Position numbers and translations under genes: made by a program. The notes under the pieces are model-generated. The model had not been told where the DNA came from. It saw nothing but the letters and a program-made list of their open reading frames with translations, and ran no database searches. This document shows, piece after piece, positions 26,702 through 38,481 of a DNA stretch of 64,000 bases. Origin of the DNA: Octopus vulgaris (lineage: Eukaryota); contig OX597816.1 in assembly GCA_951406725.2 (NCBI GenBank), positions 136,400,001-136,464,000 on the forward strand, read 5' to 3'. Each line of letters begins with the position of its first letter. The stretch's first letter is position 1.

Positions 26702-27339
26702 TAGACATGTATGTATATGTGCATATTTATATCGCTTATATAAAAGTCAATGTCTTTATGTAGGTTCCTGTGTTACTTATAGATTCGAAAACTACTGCAC
26801 TAATACTAATGAAATTTGGAACACAAAATCCAAGCCTAGGGAGAAGGGTAATGCTGTGTTTCATATAATTTCATGGACCAAAATTACTGAATGGATCCTT
26901 ATGATATTTGGAACTTAGATTCAATGCATAAGGGAAGGTATAATGCAGTATGTTTGGTTAGAATTTGAGGTAGCTTAAAGGGGGCAGAACCCCCATGAAA
27001 ATTCATAAATTTCCAATGTTGATGAAATTTCAACCATAGGTAATTGACACACATCAAGAGGTATTCCCAAAGTTTCTGCTTCTTGTGAGGATTCTAAAAC
27101 CCACTAATGGGGGCCTTAACTCCCAAATTTCAATCATTTTTTTATAATCCAAAACTAGGTCAAAAGTACTGAATGGATATTTATGAAATTTGGAAATTAT
27201 ATTCTATGCATAAGGACAGATGTAATGCAGTATATGTTTGACAGTGAGGGGGTATAAATGAGGCCATAATCCCCATGAAAATTCATCTATTTTTGCTGTT
27301 GATGAAATTTTAACCATAACCCTTCATATGGTCAGAGAT

Positions 27340-29677
27340 TTAGGGACATCCTCATCAAGAAATTTGATGAGAGGGAGGAGAAGCTACAGAAATTGATAGA
27401 ATTGATATTTTGAAATGTTAGTCTTATACAGCACCAGTATTGAAGTGAAGGTATTGGTAAATGATTTACAGTCAATGAGAATTTTTCTGTTTCCTTGCAA
27501 TAACATATTTGAATAATTTAATTTTGTGAATATATTACAAAGAAAAAGGATATCGCATCTTGCAACCATCAATGAAGTGGATAGTGGAGTATCTTCAAAG
27601 AAAGATATGATTATATGGAAAAGTTCAACAAAGCATAAAATACAGTTTCCTTTTGAAGCCATCGAACTTCGGTATGGTATAAGAGTTTAGTATAGTCCTT
27701 GTCATTTCTCAGACAGTGTTGACAGAAAATTCCATCAGGTAAGGACTTCAATTTGCTTACAATCTTGATAACTAACTGTAGCGCATCATTCACTCAACCA
27801 TTCATATTGTTTGCCACTAAATGCTGCTGGTGTGCCAAGCAATGAACAGTTAGTATCTGGTGGGAAATTTCACACTTCAGGAGAAATGAAAAACCTCTGT
27901 ATCTTCCTATCATTGAAGGGGCTCGATCAGATACACAGGCAAGAATATTACTGAGTGGGATATTATGTTCAAAAAGAAAAGACTTGAGTGTGTGAAAAAT
28001 AGTTCCACCTTTTGAATCAAGCAGCAATTTCTCTGTGAAGAGCATTTCCTCACAAGGTTGAAGGTCTTCACTGAAATACTGAACATATACCGTCATCATT
28101 GATTGTCCACAACAGTCGACTCACCCACTTGTATAGAAAATTCAGAACGCTGGAGCATGTTAATGAGCTGATGTTTGCCATCGTTGGCCGTTTCATCGTT
28201 GCTTCGAGAAACTGTGTTATTACTAAGTGGGATCTTCTTTATAATGTTATCAGGTTTTTGTGTATAATGGATGACAAAACCTCTTTGATAACTCAGCAAA
28301 GTAATGTTTCTCCAATTGTGTAAGACTTTCTAGACTTAGCAACAAGCCATGGAATATTGTACGATGCAATCAACCCATCATTCTCCTGTTTACTAGCTTC
28401 CTGGAGTAGCGTGTTGAATGTTTGTGTTTGCTTTTTGAAAGAGGACCTCAATTGCAAAAAGTATGATAACGGCTTGTCCTTCTTGTCAGAATGCTTTGCT
28501 TCAAAGCGATACTTCAAGTGTGAAGGTTTCATTGCTTCGTTGGTCAATGTTTGATGGCAAAGAAGTCATATTGGTAACTGACAGTTCTGAGGAGCGAAAT
28601 GCACCAATCCGATCATGGCTGTTGCCAGCCTCGCCTGGCACCTGTGCAGGTGGCACGTAAAAAGCACCCACTACACTCACGGAGTGGTTGGCATTAGGAA
28701 GGGCATCCAGCTGTAGAAACACTGCCAGATCAGACTGGAGCCTGGTGCAGCCTTCTGGCTCCCCAGATCCCCAGTCGAACCATCCAACCCATGCTAGCAT
28801 GGAGAACGGACGTTAAATGATGATGATACATAATCACTACTGTATTGTTGACAAATTTTCTTGACTGGAGGCATCAGTAAAGTGATAATGTGAAAACAGG
28901 TTTCCACAGATGGTGTCAGAAAGGCAGTGTGGTATTCCCGAAAAGAAGAAGTCGATAGAGCAGAGTCAGATAACATGTCTTTAATGGAGCAAATATGGAT
29001 CTAGTTCATTTGGTTGCAAACATTTCAAAAACTAAAGTTTATCAAAATTTTTTTAATTTGGCCCATTAATGTACCTTTCCAAGCTAAATTGCTGGAGTTA
29101 TTCAACTTTTTCCAGAAAAACGTAATAAGTTAAAGAGGTTTAAAGTTTGATCATTTTCATCCAGTCAAGAAAAACAGTTCCAAAGCTGTCGTTTTGTCAA
29201 CATCCTGAAAATAGCACTTGTGTTTTGATATGAAACTGTAGAAATATGCACAACATATAACCCCCTCATAACTTTTTTATTTGTCTGAGTTTTCAGAAAA
29301 CATTTGCAAATTTGTATTCTACGTGCAGGACTTCATACAATTATGCCAAAAAAAATAAAATTGGTGGCACATGATTTAAGGCCTTGGCCTATTTGGCTGG
29401 CATTTTTAGCAAATATGACAACCATCTCAATGACTGTGCGACAAAAATATTCAATGAATAAACAAGTCTGCTTTTATAATACAAAGGGATGTCTCATGCA
29501 AGTAGTCAAATCGATAAAAGTGCATCCTTATTCTAGACATGCCTAGATATAAGTAAATGCAGACTGAATTTCTAAAAATTCTTTGTCACCCACAAAATGT
29601 TCACATCACCCACCATTTTCTAGAAAGTCCACCATCGCCCACCTGTAAGTTGAAATTGCCCACTTTGGGAAGCTATG
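27340..29677 (-). mobile_element. hAT Buster/Charlie-type transposon with fragmented ZBED5/SCAND3-like transposase pseudogene (~27340..28872)
   Basis: Frameshifted segments MPPVKKICQQYSSDY, NEAMKPSHL..HSDKKDKPLSYF, KSRKSYTIGETL, IPLSNNTVSR, FSIQVGEST, VSDRAPSMIG, HCLAHQQHL, LLYHTEVRWL; terminus CATAGCTTCCCAAAGTGGG at 29677 next to gtctaagg. Confidence 0.9.
28590..28827 (-). mobile_element. SINE-like element with (gat)n tail inserted in the hAT transposase; same family at ~6430-6760, 30540-30880, 44420-44940, 45290-45660, 56600-56830
   Basis: Shared catcatcgtttaacgtccg..ttccatgctagcatgggttgga..ggatgcccttcctaacgccaaccac sequence; strand follows the ORF track and true orientation is uncertain. 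Confidence 0.75.
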
Positions 29678-29711
29678 GTCTAAGGAGTCATGCAGTAGGA
29701 CTGAACCTAAA

Positions 29712-30056
29712 ATGGTAAATTTCAATACTTTCACCCGCAGGATTTTCACTAAGAAAAAAATAACTCGGATTTTTTTACATGGAATCAAGTACCCTGACCT
29801 CCTAATATGTTGCAAATCCCTTATTTTTGTTCAGAAAAAAAGTGGGGGAAATCAGCCCCTATCCTGGAATCATTGGAAATTTTCTTTTTCCATTGAATGA
29901 ACTATGGTGATCTCTTAATATGCCACTTCCTTTTTCCAAACAAAAATAAGGGGTTTGCAACATATTAGGAGGTTAGGGTACTTGATTCCATGCAAAATAT
30001 CCAAGTTTTTTTTCTCTTAGTGAAAATTGTGCGGGTGAAAGTATCAAAGCTTACCC
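29712..30056. mobile_element. Long-TIR MITE (foldback-like) inserted into a SINE fragment
   Basis: ~135-bp inverted repeats (ggtaaatttcaatactttcacccgca...aaaaaagtgg / ccacttcc...tgcgggtgaaagtatcaaagcttacc); flanks ctaaaa/ccaaaa. Confidence 0.8.
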
Positions 30057-31949
30057 CCAAAACAACATGGCTGAGAAGTAAGCTTCTTAACCACACTGCC
30101 ATAACTGCATCTTATAATAGATATAAAGAGTAGTAATGGCCACAATATTAGTCCCATGGTGACTCTCATTTCCAGCATTTTATCATTAGAAAATATGTTA
30201 CTGTATTTTATTACAAACCTATGATGGAGATTATTTGGGGGGAAAAATTAACTGTATATGATGTACTCTTATTTTTAGAAGGTTTTGTAATTTTAAAATC
30301 CATCAAGCCAAACATGTTGGGCATGAGAAAGATGACCATATTGTAAAATTATTCTTTGAACTAATTCTAAGATTATAACATTATTGTTATTATTGCCTTT
30401 TTTTCTCTGAAGTAAAATTTGAAATCTAAATCCAGCTTCTGTAAACATTTATTTCAAATATCATAATGAGTACAATTTTCAATTTCTGTCAAAGTTAGCA
30501 TGTTATGCTTCTAAGATGGCGAGAATAGTATTAGCAAATCATCATCATCATTTAGCATCCATTTTCCATGTTGGCATGGATTAAATGGTTTGACTGAAAC
30601 TAGTAAGCCAGAGAGTTGCACCAGACTTTAGTCTGTTTTGGTTTGATTTCTATGGCTGGATGCCTTTCCTAGTGCCAGTCACTTCACAGAGTGTACAAGG
30701 TGCTTTTAAGTGTTACCAGCATGAGTGCCTTTTACATGTTACTGGCATGGGTGCCTTTTACATGTCACCAGCCTGGCAATGATTATTATTTCACTTAGCC
30801 TGACGTGTCTTCTCAAACTCAGCAAATCGCCAAAAGTCTCAGTCACTTGTCATTGTCTCCATGCTACTCAACATCATGTGTTATATAATTACATGAAGAC
30901 AGTTTTTAAATTGTCAATATTTAAAGAAGCAAGTTGTGGTACTAATGTATTGAATGAAATATCAGAGTTATAAATGTCAAGACATGTCTTTGTTGTAGTC
31001 ACCTATCTCTTTTACAGTTAGTTACATTGACACCTGGCTGAACTAGCCTTTGTAACTTTTCTTGTTAAATCCTTTGTATGGTAAACTCAACCTACCGAAA
31101 TAGCAACGAAATTTCCCTCAGACCACACCCTACCATCATCTTGTAATAATTGTAATAATGTCTTTCACATTCCCTATATCATTGATGCACTCATTTAAAA
31201 AAAATTTTTAAGCAGCACCCGTTTGTAATATTTCGTCCAAGTTATTCTTTTGAGCTCCCACGCTACTCAGAGTTCATTCATGAAAAGCCTATATATCCTT
31301 CCCCTCTTTGTGAGATCTGCTGTAATGGTTAGATTACGATTCGCTGATGAGGCCTAATAAGAGTAAAACATGTCTGGGGTTATCCCCGTACTGTTAAAGA
31401 TGAGACTCATTCCCCTTTGGATTCTATATGTAATTAAAATATCTGAGGTTGTCTCCCCTACCTTTTTCAACTCACAATTAGTAATTTGTTTCATGACATT
31501 TTTTTTTACCTCTGAAGATGTAACTTTTACTAATTAAATTGTCTCAATTCGTTACATCAAGTATGTCAGCGCTTACTTCACTATTACTATCATCGGTTTA
31601 AAAATAAAGGTTTCTAGTTCGAATGCAGTCCGATATTGTATACATTATCCATAAATAAAACACATGATGATATGTAAATTCCGCTTTCGGGTTTGTATTA
31701 GCTATAGCATACAAATTAGGGAGGAGGGTATAGTCGATGAAATTGAATATGATTTAAATTGGACGGGTACCTTATTTTATGAACTACGGAAGGATGAAAG
31801 GTAGAGTTCATCTCGAGGGATGTGATGTAAATGTTTAAAAAATGTTTTATAGCTAAAAATGAGACTCGTCCGACAACTTACAATCCGTGTGAACTCGATT
31901 AATACAAAACATGAGCAAAATAAAAAATAAAAATTATTTCAACATGTCA

Positions 31950-32123
31950 TATATATATTTCTAGAACAGATATAAATTTAAAATAAACATTTTCGGTCAT
32001 TACGTCAAATTTGTCGTAAGTTAGTGCTACGTAACTATAATCCAGAATAGATGTTTAACTCGAGCTGACGGATATAACTTCCGCTGTCTCCTCACCACAT
32101 GAAATTTCTCTTCACATGTAAGT
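31950..32123 (+). promoter_or_regulatory. Putative erlin promoter and non-coding first exon
   Basis: Local CpG enrichment ~31.6-33.4 kb in a CpG-depleted window; TTACGTCA (ATF/CREB-like) at 32000; ACTTCCG (ETS-like) at 32077; donor cat|gtaagt at 32118. Confidence 0.5.
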
Positions 32124-34350
32124 TTTTTTCTCTCTAGTTTTAAATATTTATTTCTTATTTCTTCCATGTGTCATTTATATTCTACATACACACATATTGG
32201 TCACATTAAACTCCCCAATATTATCATATCACGTCCGTTTTCTATTATGTCGTCTGTAACATTTTTCATGTTTACCGGTCTTCTGCTATTGTTGTCTCGT
32301 TAGTTATATTGTTATCTAAACACCAATTAAACACTAACTAATGTTATTGCTGTTTGTTTTATGTGTGTCCCATATTTTAGTATGCAAATGAAGATATTAC
32401 TTATGTACTGTTTTCCTCTATCTTCTCGAAAGTTTGTTATAAAGAGGCTAGGGTGTTATTTTTAAAATACCAATTACTTTCTACATTCACATGAACGAAG
32501 TACCGAATTTGGAACGATAATATCGATACATGTAAATGGGGACCTTCCGTCTTAGGTACAAATAATCTAAACGCCTCCTGAATTTACTAAAATAGCATTA
32601 CATGGAATAACAATGGAAGAAGGCTATAAATGCATTGTAAGGCTATAAATACGTTGTTTTTGTGAACATGACACCTGCTGATCAGAACATAAATATATAT
32701 ACAGTTGATGATATTCCATTTCCCTTTTATGGTGTTTGTGTGCAAAATATGTTCATTGGGCTCTACAAAAAGCGTGTGGTTTACGGGTTTGGAAATTGTT
32801 TATAGCTACGGCCTACTATCCGTTAAAATGCAGATGCCAAGCAACACCTGATTAATAAAGTTGCAACACTTCAATCAGGGCCACATAAGAGACACATTTA
32901 AGGCTGTGACGTTCCACCATTCCCAGAATCCAGTGGCCCTGTCGATAATCATCACTCTAACCCTAAACTATGTAATGCATTTCTATTACATTTTTGGATT
33001 TTAGGTACTTAAGATGTAATATCCTGTTACAGATTTATAATCCGAACATCAGAATATTGATAAATATCGTTTAAATGATCCCTTTTTTTAGCTATAAACC
33101 TTCCCACCGCAGTTTTATATCTAAAAATTTATTCGCATTTTAGATACGTTAATCACAATTGTACGACCCATATTTTGTCACTGAATTGACATCTGACATT
33201 CTATTACACTCTTTTGTACAACAGTAGATATAATTTTAATTGAAATGCTATACAATATCGCTCCGCAGTTTTACTCAGACTATACACACCCAACCGCAAG
33301 TACATGGTTATGCACCAATAACATGCAACATCACTGTGTGGATGTTGTCTTATATGTTAAAGTTAGCTACACATTGTCACTCAACACGAAGTTTTGATCA
33401 GAAGCCGAAATTATTACAATCAATCTATTAATTCTTTATTTTTTTCTTATTCTTTACCTGAAATTCTGTATGACTGAATTCTATTTTAAAAACCTCCTTT
33501 TATGTTAATTCCTTTTGTGCTGTTTTTGATGGAAATTATAGTACTATCTTTCTTTAAGATTTGAAAGTTTTAAGTTACTAACTCTGAATTAAAATTATTG
33601 ATTTTTTTTTTTAAACGTTTTATTTTCTCTAAACTTGACATATGGCTATAAAATTTTTACTTTATGGAGTAAGATTGATTGGACACTTTCCTACAACCAA
33701 CCAATCAACCATTATTTCATATACTGTAAGCCCAAACAAAACATTTGTATGATCTTATTATATAAATGTTTCATACACGATTAACCATAGAGTAAAGAAA
33801 GATTGAATAAATCATATATGAATCCAAGAAATTTTAAAGTCCTATTCTATTGCAGCTGGTTATTTATGTTATTTAGTGATACAAGTCATGCTTGGTTTAA
33901 CATGTCTTTTCTCATGTATTTACTTCTCAAAGTTTTATTTCTATTTATAATAATATGGATCACAAAAAAAAAATGCAATCCCCAATTTCGCTTATTCTGT
34001 TGAGAATCAGGACAGCTGCTCAGATTCTCAACATCGCATAAGATTGCAGAAATCTGATTGAACTTTTTTCACTACTAGCACTGAGGATGATCTTTTTCTA
34101 AACTTTTTATGAATATCAAAACTCAGGCACTATAAGTTCTTTTATTTTTTTTACTTGTTTCAGTGATTTGACTCTAGCCATGCTGGAGCACCACCTTGAA
34201 GGGTTTTAGCCAAACAAATTGACCCCAGGACTTGTTTTTCAAGTCTAGTACCTTTTCTGTTGGTCTCTTTTGCTGACTCATTAAGTTACAGGGATGCAAA
34301 CACACCAACACTGGTTGTCAAGCAGTGATGGGGGTTGGCAGACACAAAGG

Positions 34351-34397
<47 letters not shown>

Positions 34398-35260
34398 GAT
34401 GGGCTTCTTTTTCTACTTATATTTCTTTCAGTCTTTTTCTCTGTTCTTTTTTTCTTTCTGAATATCTACTCTTTTGATAGCCTTATAATTCTACCATTAA
34501 CTATCAGAGAATCAACTTAGAAATGTGACTTCTGTTACTATTATGAGTCTAGGAGGCCTGGTCTCTCCTAACAGCAAATGACTACCTCATGGATAATGGG
34601 GCTCTGAGTTCTATGAAACAACTTCTCTGTGATACTGACATGACATAAGAACACCACAGCCTAGCCTCAACAGTTTAACATCACCTAGCTCTTAAATGCC
34701 ACTCTATTGCAAGCATTTAGACCATGCGTCCAGTTTAAAGGTCCAGTCTCTTGACATACAAACTCCCTGTTTGCCAAAGTATTGGTAGAGAAAGGTTTTG
34801 TAGTTGATGATATGGCACTGGCCTGAAACTATAACAGCTTAAAAGGCTGCCCCATTACTTGATGATTAATCTTGTATTCTATTCTATTCTCATTCAGATT
34901 GTGACTAGTGAGTACATCAATTCAAGAGCTTATCTTTATGACATTTCCATTTGTGATTTTCAGATCAAAGTGGTGATTCATGGGAGCCCATGAGTTGGCA
35001 GCTCCTTTTCTTCTACCACCATGAACCATATAGACAAAATTGATTAACAATCAAATTGTTAGACAATTTTCTTTTTTTCAGCACACCAGCTTTAATCTTA
35101 TACACTGTCTAACATGCAACCTCTGCATTATCAATCTCTCAGACACAAATTTTTCACCTTTTATCATTAACCCAAACCTGTTGTCCATACCATACTTTCA
35201 TCATCATTGTTTAACGCCTGCTTTCCATGTTGGCATGGGTTGGATGGTTTGACTGAGGTC

Positions 35261-35507
35261 AAACCATTTAAGGCGGCAAGCTGGCAGAAACATTAGCACG
35301 CCAAGCGAAATGCATAGCCGTATTTCGTCTGCCGTTACGTTCTAAGTTCAAATTCCGCTGAGGTCGACTTTGCCTTTCATCCTTTCGGGGCCGATAAATT
35401 AAGTACCAGTTGTGCACTGGGGTTCGATATAATCGACTTAATTCATTAATTTGTCTGTCCTTGTTTGTCCTCTCTGTGTTTAGCCCCTTGTGGGTAGTAA
35501 AGAAATA
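35261..35507 (+). mobile_element. Young SINE nested in another SINE
   Basis: 15-bp TSD ggtttgactgaggtc (35246-35260, 35508-35522); CpG-rich intact body. Confidence 0.85.
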
Positions 35508-36979
35508 GGTTTGACTGAGGTCTGGCAAGCCAGTGGGCTGCGCCAGGCTCCAATCTGATACTTTGTATTTCAAAATCATTCTGAAAGGTAATGCTTGCAT
35601 ATATATAGAATTCACTCTCTTTGCTATTCACTTCTATTGTCTGAATAGCTGCCACAAAAACTCAAGAGTTAATATGGGACAAATTTTCCTTCTTCATTCT
35701 TCTAACTTCCTTCACTGTATCTATTAATCTGTTAGTAGTTGTTTGACTCTCATCCTGCATTGATATCCATCTTGCTTCACACCTCTCTATAAAGTCAGGT
35801 AGCCTCAGTATTACACAACTCCTCCAATACAAACACAAACAATTATTACGTAAATCCATTTAACACTCCCCAGTGCAGTTATGCACTGATATTCTCTCAT
35901 AGAAATGTCATGCATACAACATTACAAGAATTACTTCCCAAAGACTGGCTCTTACCTTCAGAACAAGAAAATAAACACTTCAGCTCTGATCACTCTGTAA
36001 AGTTTAAGTAAGTGTCATTAACACAGTGTTCACATGCATTGGGCAGTGTTCTACAACATGCACAAGCATCCTAGATCACATTTAGAAGGCTATTTGACTT
36101 TTTAGCTAAGACCTCACCAACACATAACAATCACTGAGCGATACATTGTTTCTTTCTGTATTCTACTTCTACTACTATAGTGGCCTCTTCTCTTCTGGGC
36201 TGTCTACCTGAACACACACATTTACATGACATGCTCATTTCTCCTCTTGCTACTCTTATTGTCTCACCTTCCAGACTTTGCAATAAACACCTCCCATAAT
36301 CTTTCTTCCCTAAACCTGAAACTGTCTTCAGTCCCTATGTCTGTGGTTTCCAATGTTCTTGTGACCATGTCTCCTTATTTCCTTATACATAAGATACACA
36401 ACACTTTTACTGCCAAGTGTGTTATTCAAATTTAAAATCTTGCAACACTGTAGGATGTCATGATAGACTAATCAAAACCCATGCATTAGAAGAAATTTAA
36501 CCCTTTAGCATTCAGATTCTTCTGTTAAATGTAAAGCTTATTTATTCACATTGTTTTGAATTAATCACGCATTATCTCAAAACTTCAAGTTTATGATGAT
36601 ATGATTGTCTATTTTTAGAAAGACACTGTAGGGTGGGTGTGGGAGGTCAGATTTGGATACTTTGAACATAAAATAAGTAGAATATTTAGGCCAGATATGG
36701 CCCAGTTTAAATGCTAAAGTTCTAATCTGAACATCAACGCCAATTAATTCCACCAGTTTAGGAGGCCCTACACAGGTCATGAACCATGCATTAGAAGAAA
36801 TTTAAAAATTCTGGCTTAGTAAAGTAAGAGAATTTAAAAAGGGGGATTTCTAGGATATTTTCAAGATATATAAAAGTGTAAACATCTATTTTTAAAATTA
36901 TTTTTTTCCAATTCAGAAATTATGAAAGACACGGAAATTTTGATAATTTTTTTTTCTTTTCCTCAGAACATCCTCAAAA

Positions 36980-37070
36980 ATGGCCATTCAAGGAGTATTT
37001 ATTTCAGTGTCAGTGCTGTTTGTATTGATTGCTATAATCTTTAATTCCTCTATTCATCGAATTGAAGAAG
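36980..37070 (+). CDS. ERLIN: Erlin coding exon 1 (signal anchor)
   Basis: [30 protein letters not shown]; acceptor at 36966; donor gtgagt. Confidence 0.92.
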
Positions 37071-38424
37071 GTGAGTAGAAATCTTTTCTGTTTTAGTCCT
37101 CTTTATAACTTGACAAGTAATGTAACTATCTCTGTTCAAACACTTATCTCTGAGCTGTTCAAAATGAGGTTGAGATATGTCTATGAAAATTTGGGCTGTG
37201 ATAGTTAAATTACATTGAATTTAATTGACCATAGTTTGTGCATGACTTAGGTGACAAAGCATTTATAAGAAAGTATTAGTTACTGTTGATGAAGGTGTGT
37301 TGTAGTAAATATGTTTTTAGTTTCACTGTGAAAAATTTGGTTGTTACTTTCCAGAGTAAGACTAAAAATGTATTTACTAAAAGCATATGCTCATAAGTTG
37401 AAATTACATCTCTCTCTTAATGCCATGCAGTGCTTCTATTAATTAAATTTTGATGTTAGTGTTGCATCAGATGATAGTGAATTGTAAGGAATCTGCCTTT
37501 GCATTGATGATGGCTACTATTTAGAAATCAACTGTTCTGTGAAGTCAATTTCTAATTTAACATTGTATAATGAGGATTTTGGTAAAAAATTTTTTAAAAA
37601 AACCTATCTACTGTAACCTTTGGAGAGAACTGAATATGGTTTATTACATTTTCTACATGAGTTTTACATGCTAAGTGAAAAATTACCATATAAAATTCTG
37701 GCCTGTATATATCAGAGATATATTGTGTGTGTTTGTGTAACATCCAGTGCAATGAGAGAATCGTCCTTCAGGTGCTTTACCGCAGTGAACCAGCAAACAA
37801 ACAATAAGCATACATTGAGTATTGCAGTCAATGTTTACAACACTAGCATTGCTTTTAATTCATTACCGAATTTAATCTTATGTGTACATCATTACAGCAA
37901 ATAATTTTTACACTATTTATATATAGTCATAGACTGTAAGGTTGCCTTATAACTTGCAAATCTGAAGACACCTCCCCCCCATCTGAGACAGAAGGTAGGG
38001 TAGTTGCTTTATGCGAGGAAATGGGGAGGTTAAAAAGTATGCTGGGAAGATCTGAAACAGGTTTATTGTTGTGGAGGAAATTCATGGCTACCTTGCATTT
38101 TACATGGGGAGGAAATGAGTGGGTGGAGGGGTGCCTGAAAGAGAAGTAAATATTTTGGTTGATGAGATGTCAGAATGTACTGTCAAGGTAAACATATCCA
38201 TGAAAGTGAATAGAAGAGTGTGTGAATACAAATAAATCAGGAAGAGTGGGTAAGGCTGCAAGAGTGTGAGGGGAAGTGCGAGATGGATATAAACGTTGGG
38301 TGGAGGTGGTCAGATGTATATAGGGGATAGATTTATTGAACAGGGGTGAACATGGTAAATATGAGTGGGGAGAGATGATCAGAATGAGGGATGGATGTCA
38401 ATTGGAAGTAGTTCAGAAGTATGT

Positions 38425-38481
<57 letters not shown>

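Noticed and set aside
27384-28872. Domesticated ZBED5-like host gene
   Set aside because: Multiple frameshifts, an inserted SINE and degraded catalytic motifs
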